The notes: a model not told the origin generated them from the sequence alone. Positions 37,001-46,703 are shown, counted from the stretch's first letter. The stretch: 52,223 nt of DNA from Luteolibacter sp. (GCA_036824745.1 DAISZP010000001.1:1-52223), one strand, 5' to 3'. Numbers and translations are program-made.

Positions 37001-39486
37001 GTGGTGGTGGTCACCTGCCCCATTGCATTGGTGCTGCGGATGGCCTGTCCGTTGATGTTGTATTCCCTGGTGGTGGTCTGCTGGAGCGGATTGGTCGTGG
37101 ATTTGAGCCAGCCGAGTTCGGTGTAGTCGAAGGTCGTGACATTTCCCGCCGGGTCGGTCCGCGATTGCAGGAAACCCGTGTTCGGAAAATAGCTGCTGGT
37201 CATGACGCTCTGATTCGTCGGGCTGTAGTTCGCATCCCTGGCGGTCTCGACGAGTCCCCGCGAATTGTAGGTGTAAGCGGCCAGAGTGCCGATGTCGTCG
37301 GCATGGGAGAGCAGATTGCCCCGGGAATCGTACGTGTAGCGGTTCACCCAATCACTGGCTTCATTGGCCACGCGTGGGCGGGTGTCGGTAAGCGGGCGGT
37401 TGAGCACGGCGGTCACCGGCGTTGCCGTACTGTCCGGAGGCAGAGTCTCGGTGAGCTTGCCATTGGCTCCCGCCGGGTCACTGGCCTTGGCATAGGTCCA
37501 TTTCCAGATATTCCCGAGGGCATCGGTCTTCTGGAGAAGATTGCCGCGTTCGTCGTAGGCGTCGAAGGTGGTGATCCACCCAAGCGGCTCGATCTGGCGT
37601 TTGAGCACACCAAGAACCGGAATGGTGTTGTTGAAGCCGTCCTTCTCTCCCGACGCGTAGAATTCGTAGCGAAGCGTATTGCCCAGAGGATCGGTTTTAG
37701 CGACGGCATGGCCTTTGCGGTCGAATGCCTCGATCCACTTCTTGCCGTCACCATCGGTGCGGGTGATCTGCCGAGGCCCGGGGCTGAGGTAGGTGTAGAT
37801 GGTGGAGCGGCTCCCGCCGTCGGTCTCCGAAGTTTTCCGACCGTATTTGTCGTAGCTGACAAAGACATCCCTGGTCCCGCGGGGTGAGGTAACGTCCTCA
37901 AGAAGTCCGCTCGTGCCATTGTAGGCGAGTAACCAGGTGGTGTTCATCAGCGGGCTGGACTCATAGACCGCGGGGCCGCGGTGGTAGAACGTCTGCAAGC
38001 GGTTCGATCCGTCGTAGGTGAAGGTGATCGTCCATCCGAGGGACGAAACGCTGCTCAACCGAGATTGGGCGTTGTAACCAAACTGCCAGATAGTCCCGGC
38101 GGTGTCCGTTACAGTATCCAGCAAGCCCTGGTTCGGCTCGTAGGCGAGAGTGACCCTATTGCCGTTGAAGTCCGTGATTTCCTTGAGTTTCCCGACAAGA
38201 TTCGGATCCGTTTCATTATAAGGGTGGCAGAAACGATAGATAAGACGTTCCGGAGTAATCCAATTAAGCGTGTCTCCCTCTATGCTTTCCTGAAGTTCTC
38301 CACGGTATTCCCCGTGCATGGTCTTGTAATTCCTTGAACCCGTCACCCGCTGCCAAGTTTCCAAGCTGCCGTCCCACAACAGCAAACCGACAAAGCCAGT
38401 GCTGTTGTTCAGAAACTGCTGACCGGGAATGATGCGTGTCTGGAAGCTGTGCCGCCAGCCCGATCCCAGCACCGCCTCGTTGAAGAACATGTCGGCACCA
38501 TTTTCGAGTGCCTGGCTATTGAAGGAAATGCCACTGTTGTAGCCGATCCTAAACTCGAAGGGCACTCCGGCGGTGGGCCGGGAAATCAGAGTTTGCTGCC
38601 ATGTGAATGCTCCGGACAAAGGCGATAGCGCGTCACGTCCCTGGTTCTTCTGGGAGTCGAACAACGACTGCTCACCCTGCTTGTCGGTTTCGGGAAACTC
38701 AATGGTGCCGGAACCTTGCTTCGAAGCGTCCGGCACAGGAGTGAGTGGCGACGGCGGGGAAGCGGCGAAGTTCTTCAGGTTGTCCGAAGCCGTGGTGGAG
38801 TAGCCGAATTTGTAGTAGCCGCGAAGCCCCGTGAAGTTCGTCGGGATGTCACGAAGCCGGTTCAGATTAATATCGCCCTGACTGAGGGCTCGCTGGAACA
38901 CCGAAAGCTCCTGGATTTCTCCATAGAAACGCTGGCCAGTGAGCAAACCACCTATCGAAACTCCATCCACATTTCCCATATTTCCGATGTCAGGCAAGCT
39001 GGCAGGAGGAGCGATGGCGCGACCATCGACGTAGAAGGCCCAAGAGGATCCGCTCCTGACAAAAGCGAGGTGATACCAGCGGTCGAGGTAGGGACGCTCG
39101 ATAAGTTTCACCGCGGGCAACGCCCCTGACGCCCCTTTGGCCGTGAACTCCAGATTTCCGGTGCCGGCGTTGAAGTAAAACCGATAGGCGTGATTCTGGC
39201 TCCAATCTCCGGTCCTGCGGTTTCCCACCAGAGTCATGTCCTCCGTCAGTTGGAAGTTCGTGACGTCCGGAATCACTATCTTGGCCCAGAACATCACGGT
39301 AAGCGCATTCGGTGCGGGAGTGACCGCGCCCGGATTCCAAGAAAGGAGACCTTGGCTGTCATTGATTTCTAGCCGGGCAGAGGTAGCGGAGGGTGCAGGG
39401 AGCACGGCTCCAGCAGTAGAACCGATCATGCAAGCTGACATTGCAACAAGCGTCACGAACCATCGGTAGAAAATGGCAGTTTTCAC
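34087..39486 (-). CDS. RHS/YD-repeat protein B: signal peptide, LamG, DUF6531-like, YD shell, RHS core, tip with LysM
   Basis: Paralog of RHS-A (EQSLFDS.KN.G.D..SPL.G.F.W, IEDALHGHY.MTY, RFVGSQGVM). Core ends GNPNSYMDKDG. LysM HAVVSGQTFNGIAKLYGIS...LNPQI...QIVKVP. GTG start. Confidence 0.93.
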   Translation of the reverse strand: MKTAIFYRWFVTLVAMSACMIGSTAGAVLPAPSATSARLEINDSQGLLSWNPGAVTPAPNALTVMFWAKIVIPDVTNFQLTEDMTLVGNRRTGDWSQNHAYRFYFNAGTGNLEFTAKGASGALPAVKLIERPYLDRWYHLAFVRSGSSWAFYVDGRAIAPPASLPDIGNMGNVDGVSIGGLLTGQRFYGEIQELSVFQRALSQGDINLNRLRDIPTNFTGLRGYYKFGYSTTASDNLKNFAASPPSPLTPVPDASKQGSGTIEFPETDKQGEQSLFDSQKNQGRDALSPLSGAFTWQQTLISRPTAGVPFEFRIGYNSGISFNSQALENGADMFFNEAVLGSGWRHSFQTRIIPGQQFLNNSTGFVGLLLWDGSLETWQRVTGSRNYKTMHGEYRGELQESIEGDTLNWITPERLIYRFCHPYNETDPNLVGKLKEITDFNGNRVTLAYEPNQGLLDTVTDTAGTIWQFGYNAQSRLSSVSSLGWTITFTYDGSNRLQTFYHRGPAVYESSPLMNTTWLLAYNGTSGLLEDVTSPRGTRDVFVSYDKYGRKTSETDGGSRSTIYTYLSPGPRQITRTDGDGKKWIEAFDRKGHAVAKTDPLGNTLRYEFYASGEKDGFNNTIPVLGVLKRQIEPLGWITTFDAYDERGNLLQKTDALGNIWKWTYAKASDPAGANGKLTETLPPDSTATPVTAVLNRPLTDTRPRVANEASDWVNRYTYDSRGNLLSHADDIGTLAAYTYNSRGLVETARDANYSPTNQSVMTSSYFPNTGFLQSRTDPAGNVTTFDYTELGWLKSTTNPLQQTTTREYNINGQAIRSTNAMGQVTTTTYDEVGNARFSKDAKLQQSEIQYDGSDLAIWNKDRGGNIATTAYNNRSLPISTTSPSVPIAQTVGAPLMQQITTYRSYDDAGRLFRETDPNGDYIEHTYDANGNETATRDRLGRIFRKQYDSLNRLAVSIDPLGNTSTTSYDQAGRVLATTSPNGTVTRHEYDGRGRLKKWTDPEGFVWIYTYDGLGNIIDIEDALHGHYIMTYDVRGLRKTEENQDHLHWTYTYDELGRLKTQSEPTGITRTLTYDPAGRLLLAQCSTGRQNILGYDDNGNATSAIRVEAGTVQLTFTNLTYDSLDRPTSSTDTFGQKVSYDYDALGRVIKVTYPGNRPLTQEFDKLGRLVRQSTSAAWGSHVLNYSWDKQGRLVGQTYPNGMSRAAAYDESGRQTSLTYTDGNGTADTADDTIQIALSYAYDRNGNQTSAKEKGLLAYQPPAPHDESSAYTPGGRLQTRTDAADPTGSKNWAYEFKNADNTPSFNLSKATCPTVGSLALTYDEDNRTTSLELTNPQNAKSTIQNRYDALGRRISRSLTSGGNTVETRYVLNLIGGMERILADTTASGQITALYIHGPDLAVKVDPTTSANITCFHSDASGNIVRLTDKDRVASAQYAYSDYGRSMATFAAAGVADSNPYRFVGSQGVMEEGLVPGLIFMRARYYLADAGVFLSVDPLKNIGPGWKPGAYGYAYGNPNSYMDKDGNMPFLLALAAYDSQAEPINDLLEYATLGLDQWSGNMTADQVASRKSFLSEKGANDLAWNASKESMGLSSEGAAEAIGVRLGISTGGAQIGINYLVDAAENTLTEDDPLAALMVNVPGAQTYRSLELIRNAMMNAYWGGLTRTGDYFGTKIFNYVSSGTSGSAGGSINASKTASSINQKSVAGSVPSNSGGAGTTASVGSGQHAVVSGQTFNGIAKLYGISPSALRSLNPQISNYDHITVNQIVKVPSSAAGGVANKSGSTSKPGTTGSSSKGGKK

Positions 39487-39763
39487 GATGTGAAAAAATC
39501 AGAAGTGCTAATCACTTACAAGGTGAAATCGGACACAGGATTTGTTGCGCATGGTTTCTGAAAGAATATGCATTTCTGATCTTGATGGAACAAAACGAAA
39601 GAACTTGATGAGCGGCGTTCGGGTCAATTCGCAATCCGACGGAACGCGCCCCCCGCAAAACAGGCGGTTCGGCTGTATTCTAACGATATGGTCGAGACCT
39701 CCGCCATGTTTTCAGGAAGCCTGGATTGATTCGTTTCCGATGATGTGCCGTTGCCCATCAGAA

Positions 39764-40010
39764 TCATCGCGTGGGAAAGGTGGTGCATGCCTTCGCCCCC
39801 CAGCTCCGGGTACCCGTACCCGGCGCATGGCCTTCCACGAAAGCCCACTCCGCAGTGGTCGTGCCCGGAAATGCTTCCAGGCAGAATTTGTGGCACAGCT
39901 TCACCGTCTGCTGGTTCGTGAACACCTTGTAGCCGGGCCGACGAGCCCACGATGACGCCCGTATCCGCCGCGATCCGGGCTTTATTATTCGGCACCCGCA
40001 CGTCCCCCTC
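39764..40010 (-). pseudogene. Frameshifted fragment of a DUF932/DUF945-like mobile-element gene
   Basis: Restoring two single-base deletions joins two frames into VPNNKARIAADTGVIVG-VVGPGYKVFTNQQ..CLEAFP..EW, which resembles the DUF932 N-terminus. Confidence 0.45.
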
Positions 40011-40268
40011 CACGATTTCGGCCGATCCACTGCATGAGGCGTGGATTTCTTCATTCGTGCTGCCGGCGGCCGTCTTGAGCCGATTTCTGGCAAAATCGCA
40101 TTGGGAGCCATTTCCGGAGTCCCGTTTCCGGGACTCCGTCGGGGCGGCCAAAATCATCCTTTGTCTGACGGGACTCAATGACAGGTCCTGAGAGCAGACT
40201 GCCCTCTCTAACCGATTCCAGTGTGGCGGAGGGATCCACCAAGCAACAAACCAAGAAAGACCAAGACC

Positions 40269-41066
40269 ATGAAACCAAGAAACAAGATTGAATTCGCCCC
40301 CGCGCCCGTGAACGGCCAGCAGAGCGCTCCCTGGGAATACAAGCCTGCAACGATCTACGAAGACCTGATTTTCAAGAATGAGTTCGCAGACCGAAAATTG
40401 AAACTTGAGGCCGGTCCCAACTGGCTTCGCATCGTGCCCGCCCTGATGACTTCGAAACACTGGATGCTCCACGTGCCAGCAGTGTCGATGAAACACGGAC
40501 GCTTCGCACATCCCCGCACCTTTCAGAGGGGCGGCCAATGCGTCTTTGACCGGGCCTACCGATGGTTCGCGGCGAATGAACCGGACAAGCTCTACAACAG
40601 GGCCAATCCATCCGGCCATCGCTTGCTTTGCGACTCCCTCTGCGCCTTCTGGTGCCTGCAGGAAACCAAAGCCGGAGCGGTGGAGGCTCGTTTGTTCATC
40701 GGCTCCTCCTTCCAGGGCTCAAGAAAGAATCAGGCAGGACTCGGCTTCCGTATCTGGCAACACTTGACCGAACGGGATGACGATGTGGACGTGGTTTCGG
40801 ATCCGATGCATCCGAATCACGGGACCATGATCTGCATTGAGAAATCCGAACCGGGGGCTTCCAGAACGCCTGTCTATCAGATCCGCGTCGGCAGGAGATC
40901 ATCTCCGATCCAGGAACTCCTCGACCGCATGGAACCGTCGGAATTCGATGCCCTTTGCCCGATCGAGGACACAATCCGTGAACTGAGTGACGAAGAGCAA
41001 TGGGAACACCTCGTCCGCGTGATCGGAGAAGAGGCGGCAGCCAGAATCCGGGACGCCGGCACCTGA
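40269..41066 (+). CDS. Hypothetical protein, possibly a phage gp32-like ssDNA-binding protein
   Basis: KLKLEAGPNWLRIVP, DPMHPNHG.MICIEK and TPVYQI resemble gp32-like SSB motifs. The ORF is clear; the function is tentative. Confidence 0.5.
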   Translation: MKPRNKIEFAPAPVNGQQSAPWEYKPATIYEDLIFKNEFADRKLKLEAGPNWLRIVPALMTSKHWMLHVPAVSMKHGRFAHPRTFQRGGQCVFDRAYRWFAANEPDKLYNRANPSGHRLLCDSLCAFWCLQETKAGAVEARLFIGSSFQGSRKNQAGLGFRIWQHLTERDDDVDVVSDPMHPNHGTMICIEKSEPGASRTPVYQIRVGRRSSPIQELLDRMEPSEFDALCPIEDTIRELSDEEQWEHLVRVIGEEAAARIRDAGT

Positions 41067-41147
41067 TCCAAGCCCTCCCAATCCTCTCAACCATGTCGAA
41101 TAGGGAGGTAGATTCTCCAGCAGCATCAACAGTTGGACAATCACCAA

Positions 41148-41174
41148 GAGGGGCGGCCGCAATGGCCGCCCCTC
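41148..41174. terminator. GC-rich hairpin between convergent ORFs
   Basis: 11-bp perfect stem GAGGGGCGGCC-GCAAT-GGCCGCCCCTC. Confidence 0.55.
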
Positions 41175-41176
41175 AC

Positions 41177-41584
41177 TCATTGTCTTTTCGTCATCCATTC
41201 TTCCTCGGCAACCAGATGGAAACTTACGCCTCGGAAGATATGCATGCCCTCAGGGCCATGCTTCGCCCAAGCTCTTGTCAATCCGGGATTGGTGGCCCGC
41301 CGGAAAGGCTCGTAGCAATAGACACCCCACCGGTCGGCCACCGCCCTGCGACAATAGGCGATGACAAAATCGACACCCCCATGAGCTACCGTGATGGCCA
41401 AAACGGCCCCGGGATCGCTTTCGATCAGTTGGCATCGGTCTTGTTCGGACATGGACTGGCCACGGCCATGGAAACGGTAGAATTCATCGTGCATCACCAT
41501 GATCACGCCATCTGAGCTGATTTGTTCAGGTGCCATCCAGTGGAATTCCTGTCGCCAGAATAACCCGGAATCCCGCCTGAACAA
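41177..41584 (-). CDS. Hypothetical protein (start uncertain)
   Basis: Fills the gap, has plausible composition, and its stop lies 2 bp from the hairpin. Confidence 0.4.
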   Translation of the reverse strand: MFRRDSGLFWRQEFHWMAPEQISSDGVIMVMHDEFYRFHGRGQSMSEQDRCQLIESDPGAVLAITVAHGGVDFVIAYCRRAVADRWGVYCYEPFRRATNPGLTRAWAKHGPEGMHIFRGVSFHLVAEEEWMTKRQ

Positions 41585-41641
41585 TCAGCGGGAAAGCGCG
41601 TGAATGGAATAGAGGGCCGACCACTGCCCGACATTCGAACC

Positions 41642-42487
41642 ATGCACATCATGTCCTTTGGAACAACAGCCCCATCAGCAACGGCCCTTTGGTTGTCGGA
41701 TCTTCATCTGGACCAAGCCGACCGTGCCGGAATCTCTTCACTTCTCGATAAGATTTCCGGAATCAACTATTCGTCCCTGATCGTAACGGGCGATATTTCG
41801 CAGGCCTCCCAATTGTCCCGACATCTGCGCATGTTGGCCGCGGCCTGCGCCCCACGACCGATGCATTTCGTGTTGGGCAACCACGACTACTTCGGCTCCG
41901 GTTTCGATGAGGTTGACCATGCCGTTGCTGACCTTTGCGACAGCACAAAGAACCTCTTCCATCTCGGAGGAAGGGAAATCATCAGCCTGGACAACGACGT
42001 GGCACTCATCGGGGTGCGTGGATGGGCGGATGCGCGTGCGGGATATGGAAAACGAACCGTCATTGACAGCCCCGACCGCCTGCGGATCGACGACTTCATG
42101 CACCTTGGCGCGGAAGCCATGCTGGATAGGATGCGGGCCCTCGGAAGCGAATCCGCCGCCCTCATCAGACAAACCCTCCCATGGGCGTTGAGCAGGCACC
42201 GCCATGTGGTGATCGCCACCCATGTGCCGCCATTTCCCGAGTTGGTTAGATTCAACGGCCATGGATGCGGAAAGGCGCGCCTGCCCCACTTCACGAACTT
42301 GTCCATCGGATTGGCGATTCGAGGCATCACACGGTCATTTCCAACGCGACGGGTGACGGTCTTGTGCGGCCATACGCACAGTCCGGCCCGGATGATGGTG
42401 CTGCCCAATCTGGAGGTGCGCGTGGCAGGCGCGCAGACAGCACGTCCCGGCTTGCAAAACCTGATCCACTTCACTTCCCGCGAATGA
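41642..42487 (+). CDS. Calcineurin-like metallophosphoesterase
   Basis: All five motifs present: SDLH, TGD, GNHD, THVPP, GHTH. Start could be 41600, 41642 or 41651. Confidence 0.88.
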   Translation: MHIMSFGTTAPSATALWLSDLHLDQADRAGISSLLDKISGINYSSLIVTGDISQASQLSRHLRMLAAACAPRPMHFVLGNHDYFGSGFDEVDHAVADLCDSTKNLFHLGGREIISLDNDVALIGVRGWADARAGYGKRTVIDSPDRLRIDDFMHLGAEAMLDRMRALGSESAALIRQTLPWALSRHRHVVIATHVPPFPELVRFNGHGCGKARLPHFTNLSIGLAIRGITRSFPTRRVTVLCGHTHSPARMMVLPNLEVRVAGAQTARPGLQNLIHFTSRE

Positions 42488-42612
42488 TGTATTCTCCCGC
42501 CGATTGCCGCCGAATCCAGGATGCCGGGTTTCTCGTCGCAATAGCCGAGCCCCGGCGGTGGTGGGTCGGATCCGGCGGAGTTTTCACTCCGCGCGGCTCA
42601 ACAAACAAAATC

Positions 42613-43254
42613 ATGGCCTTTGCCATGACACAAAAGAGACAATACAAAAAACCATCAAAATCATCGAAGCTTCCATCCAATCCGGTCAATCGATCGGATG
42701 CGGAGCATGAATTGAATCTGATAGCCGAAGAACTCAAACAATTGTCCCGCCGGTTTCTGCGGGACAATGTACTTCCTGGTGATCTGGCGGGACTTGAGGA
42801 TGACATTCGTCAGGATGCCATCCTCACCGCCATGCGCTGGTATATGAGAGGTGCACGGAACGAGTGGCATGCGCCACGTTCGATGGCCGCGGCCCTCCGG
42901 ATCCAGAAACTGCGCTACGCGAGGAAGTGCGGCAAGGAGGGTTCGTTACGGAACAAACTGGAACAACAAAGCGATGCTCCGCAATACCTCCATCCGCACG
43001 AGCTTCAGCCTTGGCAGTGGCCGGCGCAGTCCCAAGTCGAGTTTATCCGGGTTGGTATCCGCCTTGCTGCGAAATGCGGTCGGATCAGCCATGCGAACGC
43101 AAGCATCGCCCGACTTGTTTACTGCGACCAAGTACCGGCAAGCGAGGTGGCCCAACGCCTGAAGGTCAGTCGAGGCGCCATTTCCCAACAACTCAGGCGG
43201 GTTCGCCATGCGCTGCCGGAAGTTCTGGCGCGCATCGAACCGACCTTCGATTGA
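42613..43254 (+). CDS. Sigma-70 region-4-like HTH protein (ECF-like)
   Basis: EDDIRQDA (region-2-like) and C-terminal ASEVAQRLKVSRGAISQQLRR HTH. Confidence 0.6.
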   Translation: MAFAMTQKRQYKKPSKSSKLPSNPVNRSDAEHELNLIAEELKQLSRRFLRDNVLPGDLAGLEDDIRQDAILTAMRWYMRGARNEWHAPRSMAAALRIQKLRYARKCGKEGSLRNKLEQQSDAPQYLHPHELQPWQWPAQSQVEFIRVGIRLAAKCGRISHANASIARLVYCDQVPASEVAQRLKVSRGAISQQLRRVRHALPEVLARIEPTFD

Positions 43255-43305
43255 GACAACCGGTGGCCGTCCCTCCTCGGACGGCCCGCATTCAAGATCC
43301 ATCCC

Positions 43306-43758
43306 ATGAAACCCAAGAACGCGAAACAGAAACCCGAGAAGATCCAACATGTGATCCTTTCCAACGGATACCGCCAGACTCACTGCATTTCCACGATGCG
43401 GGCCAAAGACCTGGAACGATGTCGTCGTCTCCTGCCGGGTGGGGGGCGGATCCCGAAGATCGACAAGCGATTCCATGTCGTGATCTCGGGTGCCAAGTTC
43501 CTGGTCATCCGGTGCGCATGCCCCATTCTCGTTGGCGGCATTGGCCGTGGACAGGATTCGACATGGGATGAGCTGACCTCTCTCCTGGATGACCTTGGAC
43601 AAGATTATCAAGGCTGCCCCCATCCGCGACTCTGGCTCGCCGTGGTTCTTCTCCCGGCCATCGCCGCGTTTGAGGACGATGAAGTGCGTTGGATGTATGA
43701 TTTCCAACGGCATCTGGCGGCAGCGATGTTCCAATCCGGCATTCTCGGGTCGGCATGA
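43306..43758 (+). CDS. Hypothetical protein
   Basis: 150-aa ATG ORF co-oriented with its neighbours. Confidence 0.55.
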   Translation: MKPKNAKQKPEKIQHVILSNGYRQTHCISTMRAKDLERCRRLLPGGGRIPKIDKRFHVVISGAKFLVIRCACPILVGGIGRGQDSTWDELTSLLDDLGQDYQGCPHPRLWLAVVLLPAIAAFEDDEVRWMYDFQRHLAAAMFQSGILGSA

Positions 43759-43817
43759 CGTGGCGATAACCAATCAATCCATGATCAAGTCCATATCCCG
43801 GCAGCCTCAACTTTCCA

Positions 43818-44708
43818 ATGACCGAAAGCGACATCCTCATTGACACCCTGAACTACGAGCGAACGGGCTCCATTTCACCTCGCATCTATCGATACTTCGA
43901 TCAGATGGGAAGGTGGATCGGCGACCGGAGGAAGTGGCGTCGAAGCACTTTCGTGATCGCGCTCAATCGCATGCGCCATTCGATGCTGCCTGCATCGTAC
44001 CGGACGCGGAGAAGCAGGGAAGGGACCCATCTCCTGACGTCGTTCGTATGGAGATCCGATAACGATTTGACTCTTACTTGCTGCGAAATCGCGGGCAGTC
44101 TTTTGATCCGCTCGAAGGTCGCCAAGGTTGCCGCCCCGAATTTGCGCCTTGTCGGGAACCATGTCCATTCGCGCTCGCCCTCCCTCTTCAATCTTCCCTG
44201 TCTGCGAGAAGTCCATGGCGATTTCGACTTGTTGGGAACCCGATGCCTCCGCGCGCCGCGGATCAAAACCGTCGGCGGAAACCTGCAGGTCTATGATTTC
44301 CAGCTCTCTACCCTCGCCTCGGTGGGCGGGAGATTGTCCATGCGATGGACCATCCGGGCGATCGCTCCGAGCTTGCGCGAGGTTGGAGGCGCCATCCATG
44401 CCCACGTCGCCGATGAGTTCAGTGCCATCCGATTGGAGTCTGTCGGAGGCGATCTCGTCATGAGCAGCGAGACGCGAAGGGTCCGGATCCCCACGCTCAC
44501 CGCCATTGGTGGGGATTTCTGGGCGGAATCCGCAACGGTGATTATCGCCGCGCGGCTCAAGTGGGTTGGCGGTTCGCTGGTCACCGCGTCGGCCCGGTAT
44601 TTCCATGATCCGGATCTCGTGTTTGGTGGGAAGTGGCTGTGCCACCCTGAGGCAAAATCCGTGGCCGCGGCTAACAGGGCGCTGAAAGATGTCGCACTCG
44701 AACTATGA
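43818..44708 (+). CDS. LRR/receptor-L-like beta-solenoid repeat protein
   Basis: Roughly 21-aa repeats P-x-L-x-x-V-G-G-x-L (NLRLVGN, LREVHGD, IKTVGGN, LASVGGR, LREVGGA, LESVGGD, LTAIGGD, LKWVGGS). Confidence 0.75.
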   Translation: MTESDILIDTLNYERTGSISPRIYRYFDQMGRWIGDRRKWRRSTFVIALNRMRHSMLPASYRTRRSREGTHLLTSFVWRSDNDLTLTCCEIAGSLLIRSKVAKVAAPNLRLVGNHVHSRSPSLFNLPCLREVHGDFDLLGTRCLRAPRIKTVGGNLQVYDFQLSTLASVGGRLSMRWTIRAIAPSLREVGGAIHAHVADEFSAIRLESVGGDLVMSSETRRVRIPTLTAIGGDFWAESATVIIAARLKWVGGSLVTASARYFHDPDLVFGGKWLCHPEAKSVAAANRALKDVALEL

Positions 44709-45555
44709 CGAGGGTTTCAGGCTGGGAAGAAGTCTCTTCCCACGCGGCGCACGCCGCAAGCTCCGTTGCCCGCTCCCATCTCTTCAGGGTCTCCAACCCC
44801 GAACCCCGGGTTTGATACCGCGCCCGTCGAGCCGGGCGTATTTTTGACGACGCCACTTCCTCATCCCTGCGGGATCGCTTGGAGCCGGGTCCCAGGCTCC
44901 CCCGAACCCCCGCCGTTCTCCTCCGGAAAACAGGTTTTCCGGCCAGCCGGAGACGGCAGGCTGTCAGGGGCCTCCCACCTCAAAGCGCTGTCCTCTCGAT
45001 GCCGGGAACCTGTTCCGTGGCTACCGATTTGGCAGGCAAGGCAAGCCCCCTCGGGCTTGGCTCTCGCACTCCATTGGATCCCTTTTATCCGGAAAGATTG
45101 ATTTTTAAAATTTTCAAAAAAATTCCTAGACACGAAGCGGGCAATCCAATAATTAGTTATCCGATGGTTAAAGTTCCGTTGAGTCAGGATCCGATTTTTT
45201 CCCATGAACCCGATGGGTTTGGGGGAGAGGGTGTGAATCTGTGCAACGCACTAGCCACTTCAAATTCCAATCAAAAGCCACGAGAGGCAAACAAAATAAA
45301 AAAATTAAAAATTACAAGTAAGCCAGAGAGGGCAATTCCAGTTACATTTGAACGGGTCGGCGATCAATCGCAACGCTCGGCTAGCACTAAACCGGGGGAA
45401 GAGGCTGCGCACATGGGTGTGGCCCGCCGATCAATCGGGTACTGGCCCGAGAATAGTCGATTAACGGTACATGGAGATGAATTCCGTGGCCATGCTTCCC
45501 AGGCCGAGCGGGTCGCGCCCGACGTGCGTGGATGGCGTAGCACACACCCACCTCC

Positions 45556-46050
45556 ATGGCTGTTTCCAAACACAAGCCGACTCAAGGAGAACTTCCGGAT
45601 CTGAGTTCGCAATCGGATTTTCAGCTTCTTGACTCCTTTGCCAGAATCGCCAGCAGGCAGGCCTCAGCCGAGATGATGCCCATTATCTGGGAAATCATGA
45701 GGCGTTACACTTCCTCGCTTGCCAAAGTTGAATCAAGGCTGCTTCTCAGTCTCAACATTGCATCAGGCACCTCAGGATTCGAGAGTCCGAAATGGGGCGA
45801 CTGCAAGGCGGTTGAGGCTCGATATGGTCTGAAGCGTGGCGTCATCAATGGCATGATTAAAAGAGGCGAGATCGTCAGTTCCTCGAATTCCGAAGAGAAA
45901 CCCGGAGGTGGGCGCACGCGGGGAAAACTCGTCATCAACTTTGAGTCCGTGGAGAAACACCTGAATTCCAGGGCAAACGGGATAACGTCCATTTCAGAGC
46001 GTCCAGAATCGCCAGAATCACATCAGTCCAACCTCAAGAACACCCAATGA
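45556..46050 (+). CDS. Excisionase-like winged-HTH DNA-binding protein
   Basis: VEARYGLKRGVINGMIKRGEIVS...RGKLVINFESVEKHL. ATGA overlap with the ankyrin gene. Confidence 0.55.
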   Translation: MAVSKHKPTQGELPDLSSQSDFQLLDSFARIASRQASAEMMPIIWEIMRRYTSSLAKVESRLLLSLNIASGTSGFESPKWGDCKAVEARYGLKRGVINGMIKRGEIVSSSNSEEKPGGGRTRGKLVINFESVEKHLNSRANGITSISERPESPESHQSNLKNTQ

Positions 46051-46703
46051 ACCTGAATCTAAAACTGCTAGTGGCGACCGCTACTGGCAACGCCAGAATG
46101 GTCGAGGCGCTGCTTTCGGAGGGCGCTGATGCGAATTCCTCTCAGGGCACACCACTGTTGTATGCGGCGAGAAGTGGATGCGCACCTTCCGTTTCTGCCC
46201 TACTCGATCACGGGGCAAAGGCTGAAGTGAAAGCACTAATTGAGGCCGCTCGGTGCGGAAATGCCGACTGCGTGGCGATTCTCGTGATTCGCGGAAGGTT
46301 CTCCAATCGCATAAAAGCGTATGCTCTATCAATTGTGGCGACATTTGGCAATGCCGAAATGGTCGGCCAGTTAATTGATGACGGGTTTCCAATGCATAGC
46401 AGTTCTTGCCACCCGCTGGCAATGGCGGCCGCCAGTGGCCACATGGAAACCGTCAAACTATTGATCGCCAGACGAGCCCCTCTTTTCAGCCATAAACACA
46501 ATGCGCTGCGACACGCCTTCAAGAACGGTTACATCGAGGTGGGGAAATATTTGCTGTCTCTATACACAATACACCACCTTCGGATGGTAAACCGACTACC
46601 GGACGAACTCGACGGCATGCCTTTACTGCGCATGTTCATATATGAGAAAATTGCGAGGCAGCGAGCCCGTCGGGCACTCCGTGAAAAAGGTCTCGAAATC
46701 TAG
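46047..46703 (+). CDS. Ankyrin-repeat protein
   Basis: GNARMVEALLSEGAD, GTPLLYAARSG..LLDHGA, PLAMAAASGHMETVKLLI, ALRHAFKNGYIEV. Confidence 0.88.
   Translation: MNLNLKLLVATATGNARMVEALLSEGADANSSQGTPLLYAARSGCAPSVSALLDHGAKAEVKALIEAARCGNADCVAILVIRGRFSNRIKAYALSIVATFGNAEMVGQLIDDGFPMHSSSCHPLAMAAASGHMETVKLLIARRAPLFSHKHNALRHAFKNGYIEVGKYLLSLYTIHHLRMVNRLPDELDGMPLLRMFIYEKIARQRARRALREKGLEI

Noticed and set aside
3664..39486. The two RHS modules as terminal inverted repeats of a composite transposon
   Set aside because: They are protein-level paralogs with many synonymous differences. No transposase or target-site duplication was seen.
39491..39506. TGAAAAAATCAG resembling the sequence upstream of the RHS-A operon (about 3102-3117)
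   Set aside because: Short, low-complexity, and in the opposite orientation relative to its gene.
44879..45604. 241-aa ORF across the AT-rich region
   Set aside because: TTG start, atypical composition, runs through A-tracts and overlaps the HTH gene. Probably non-coding.
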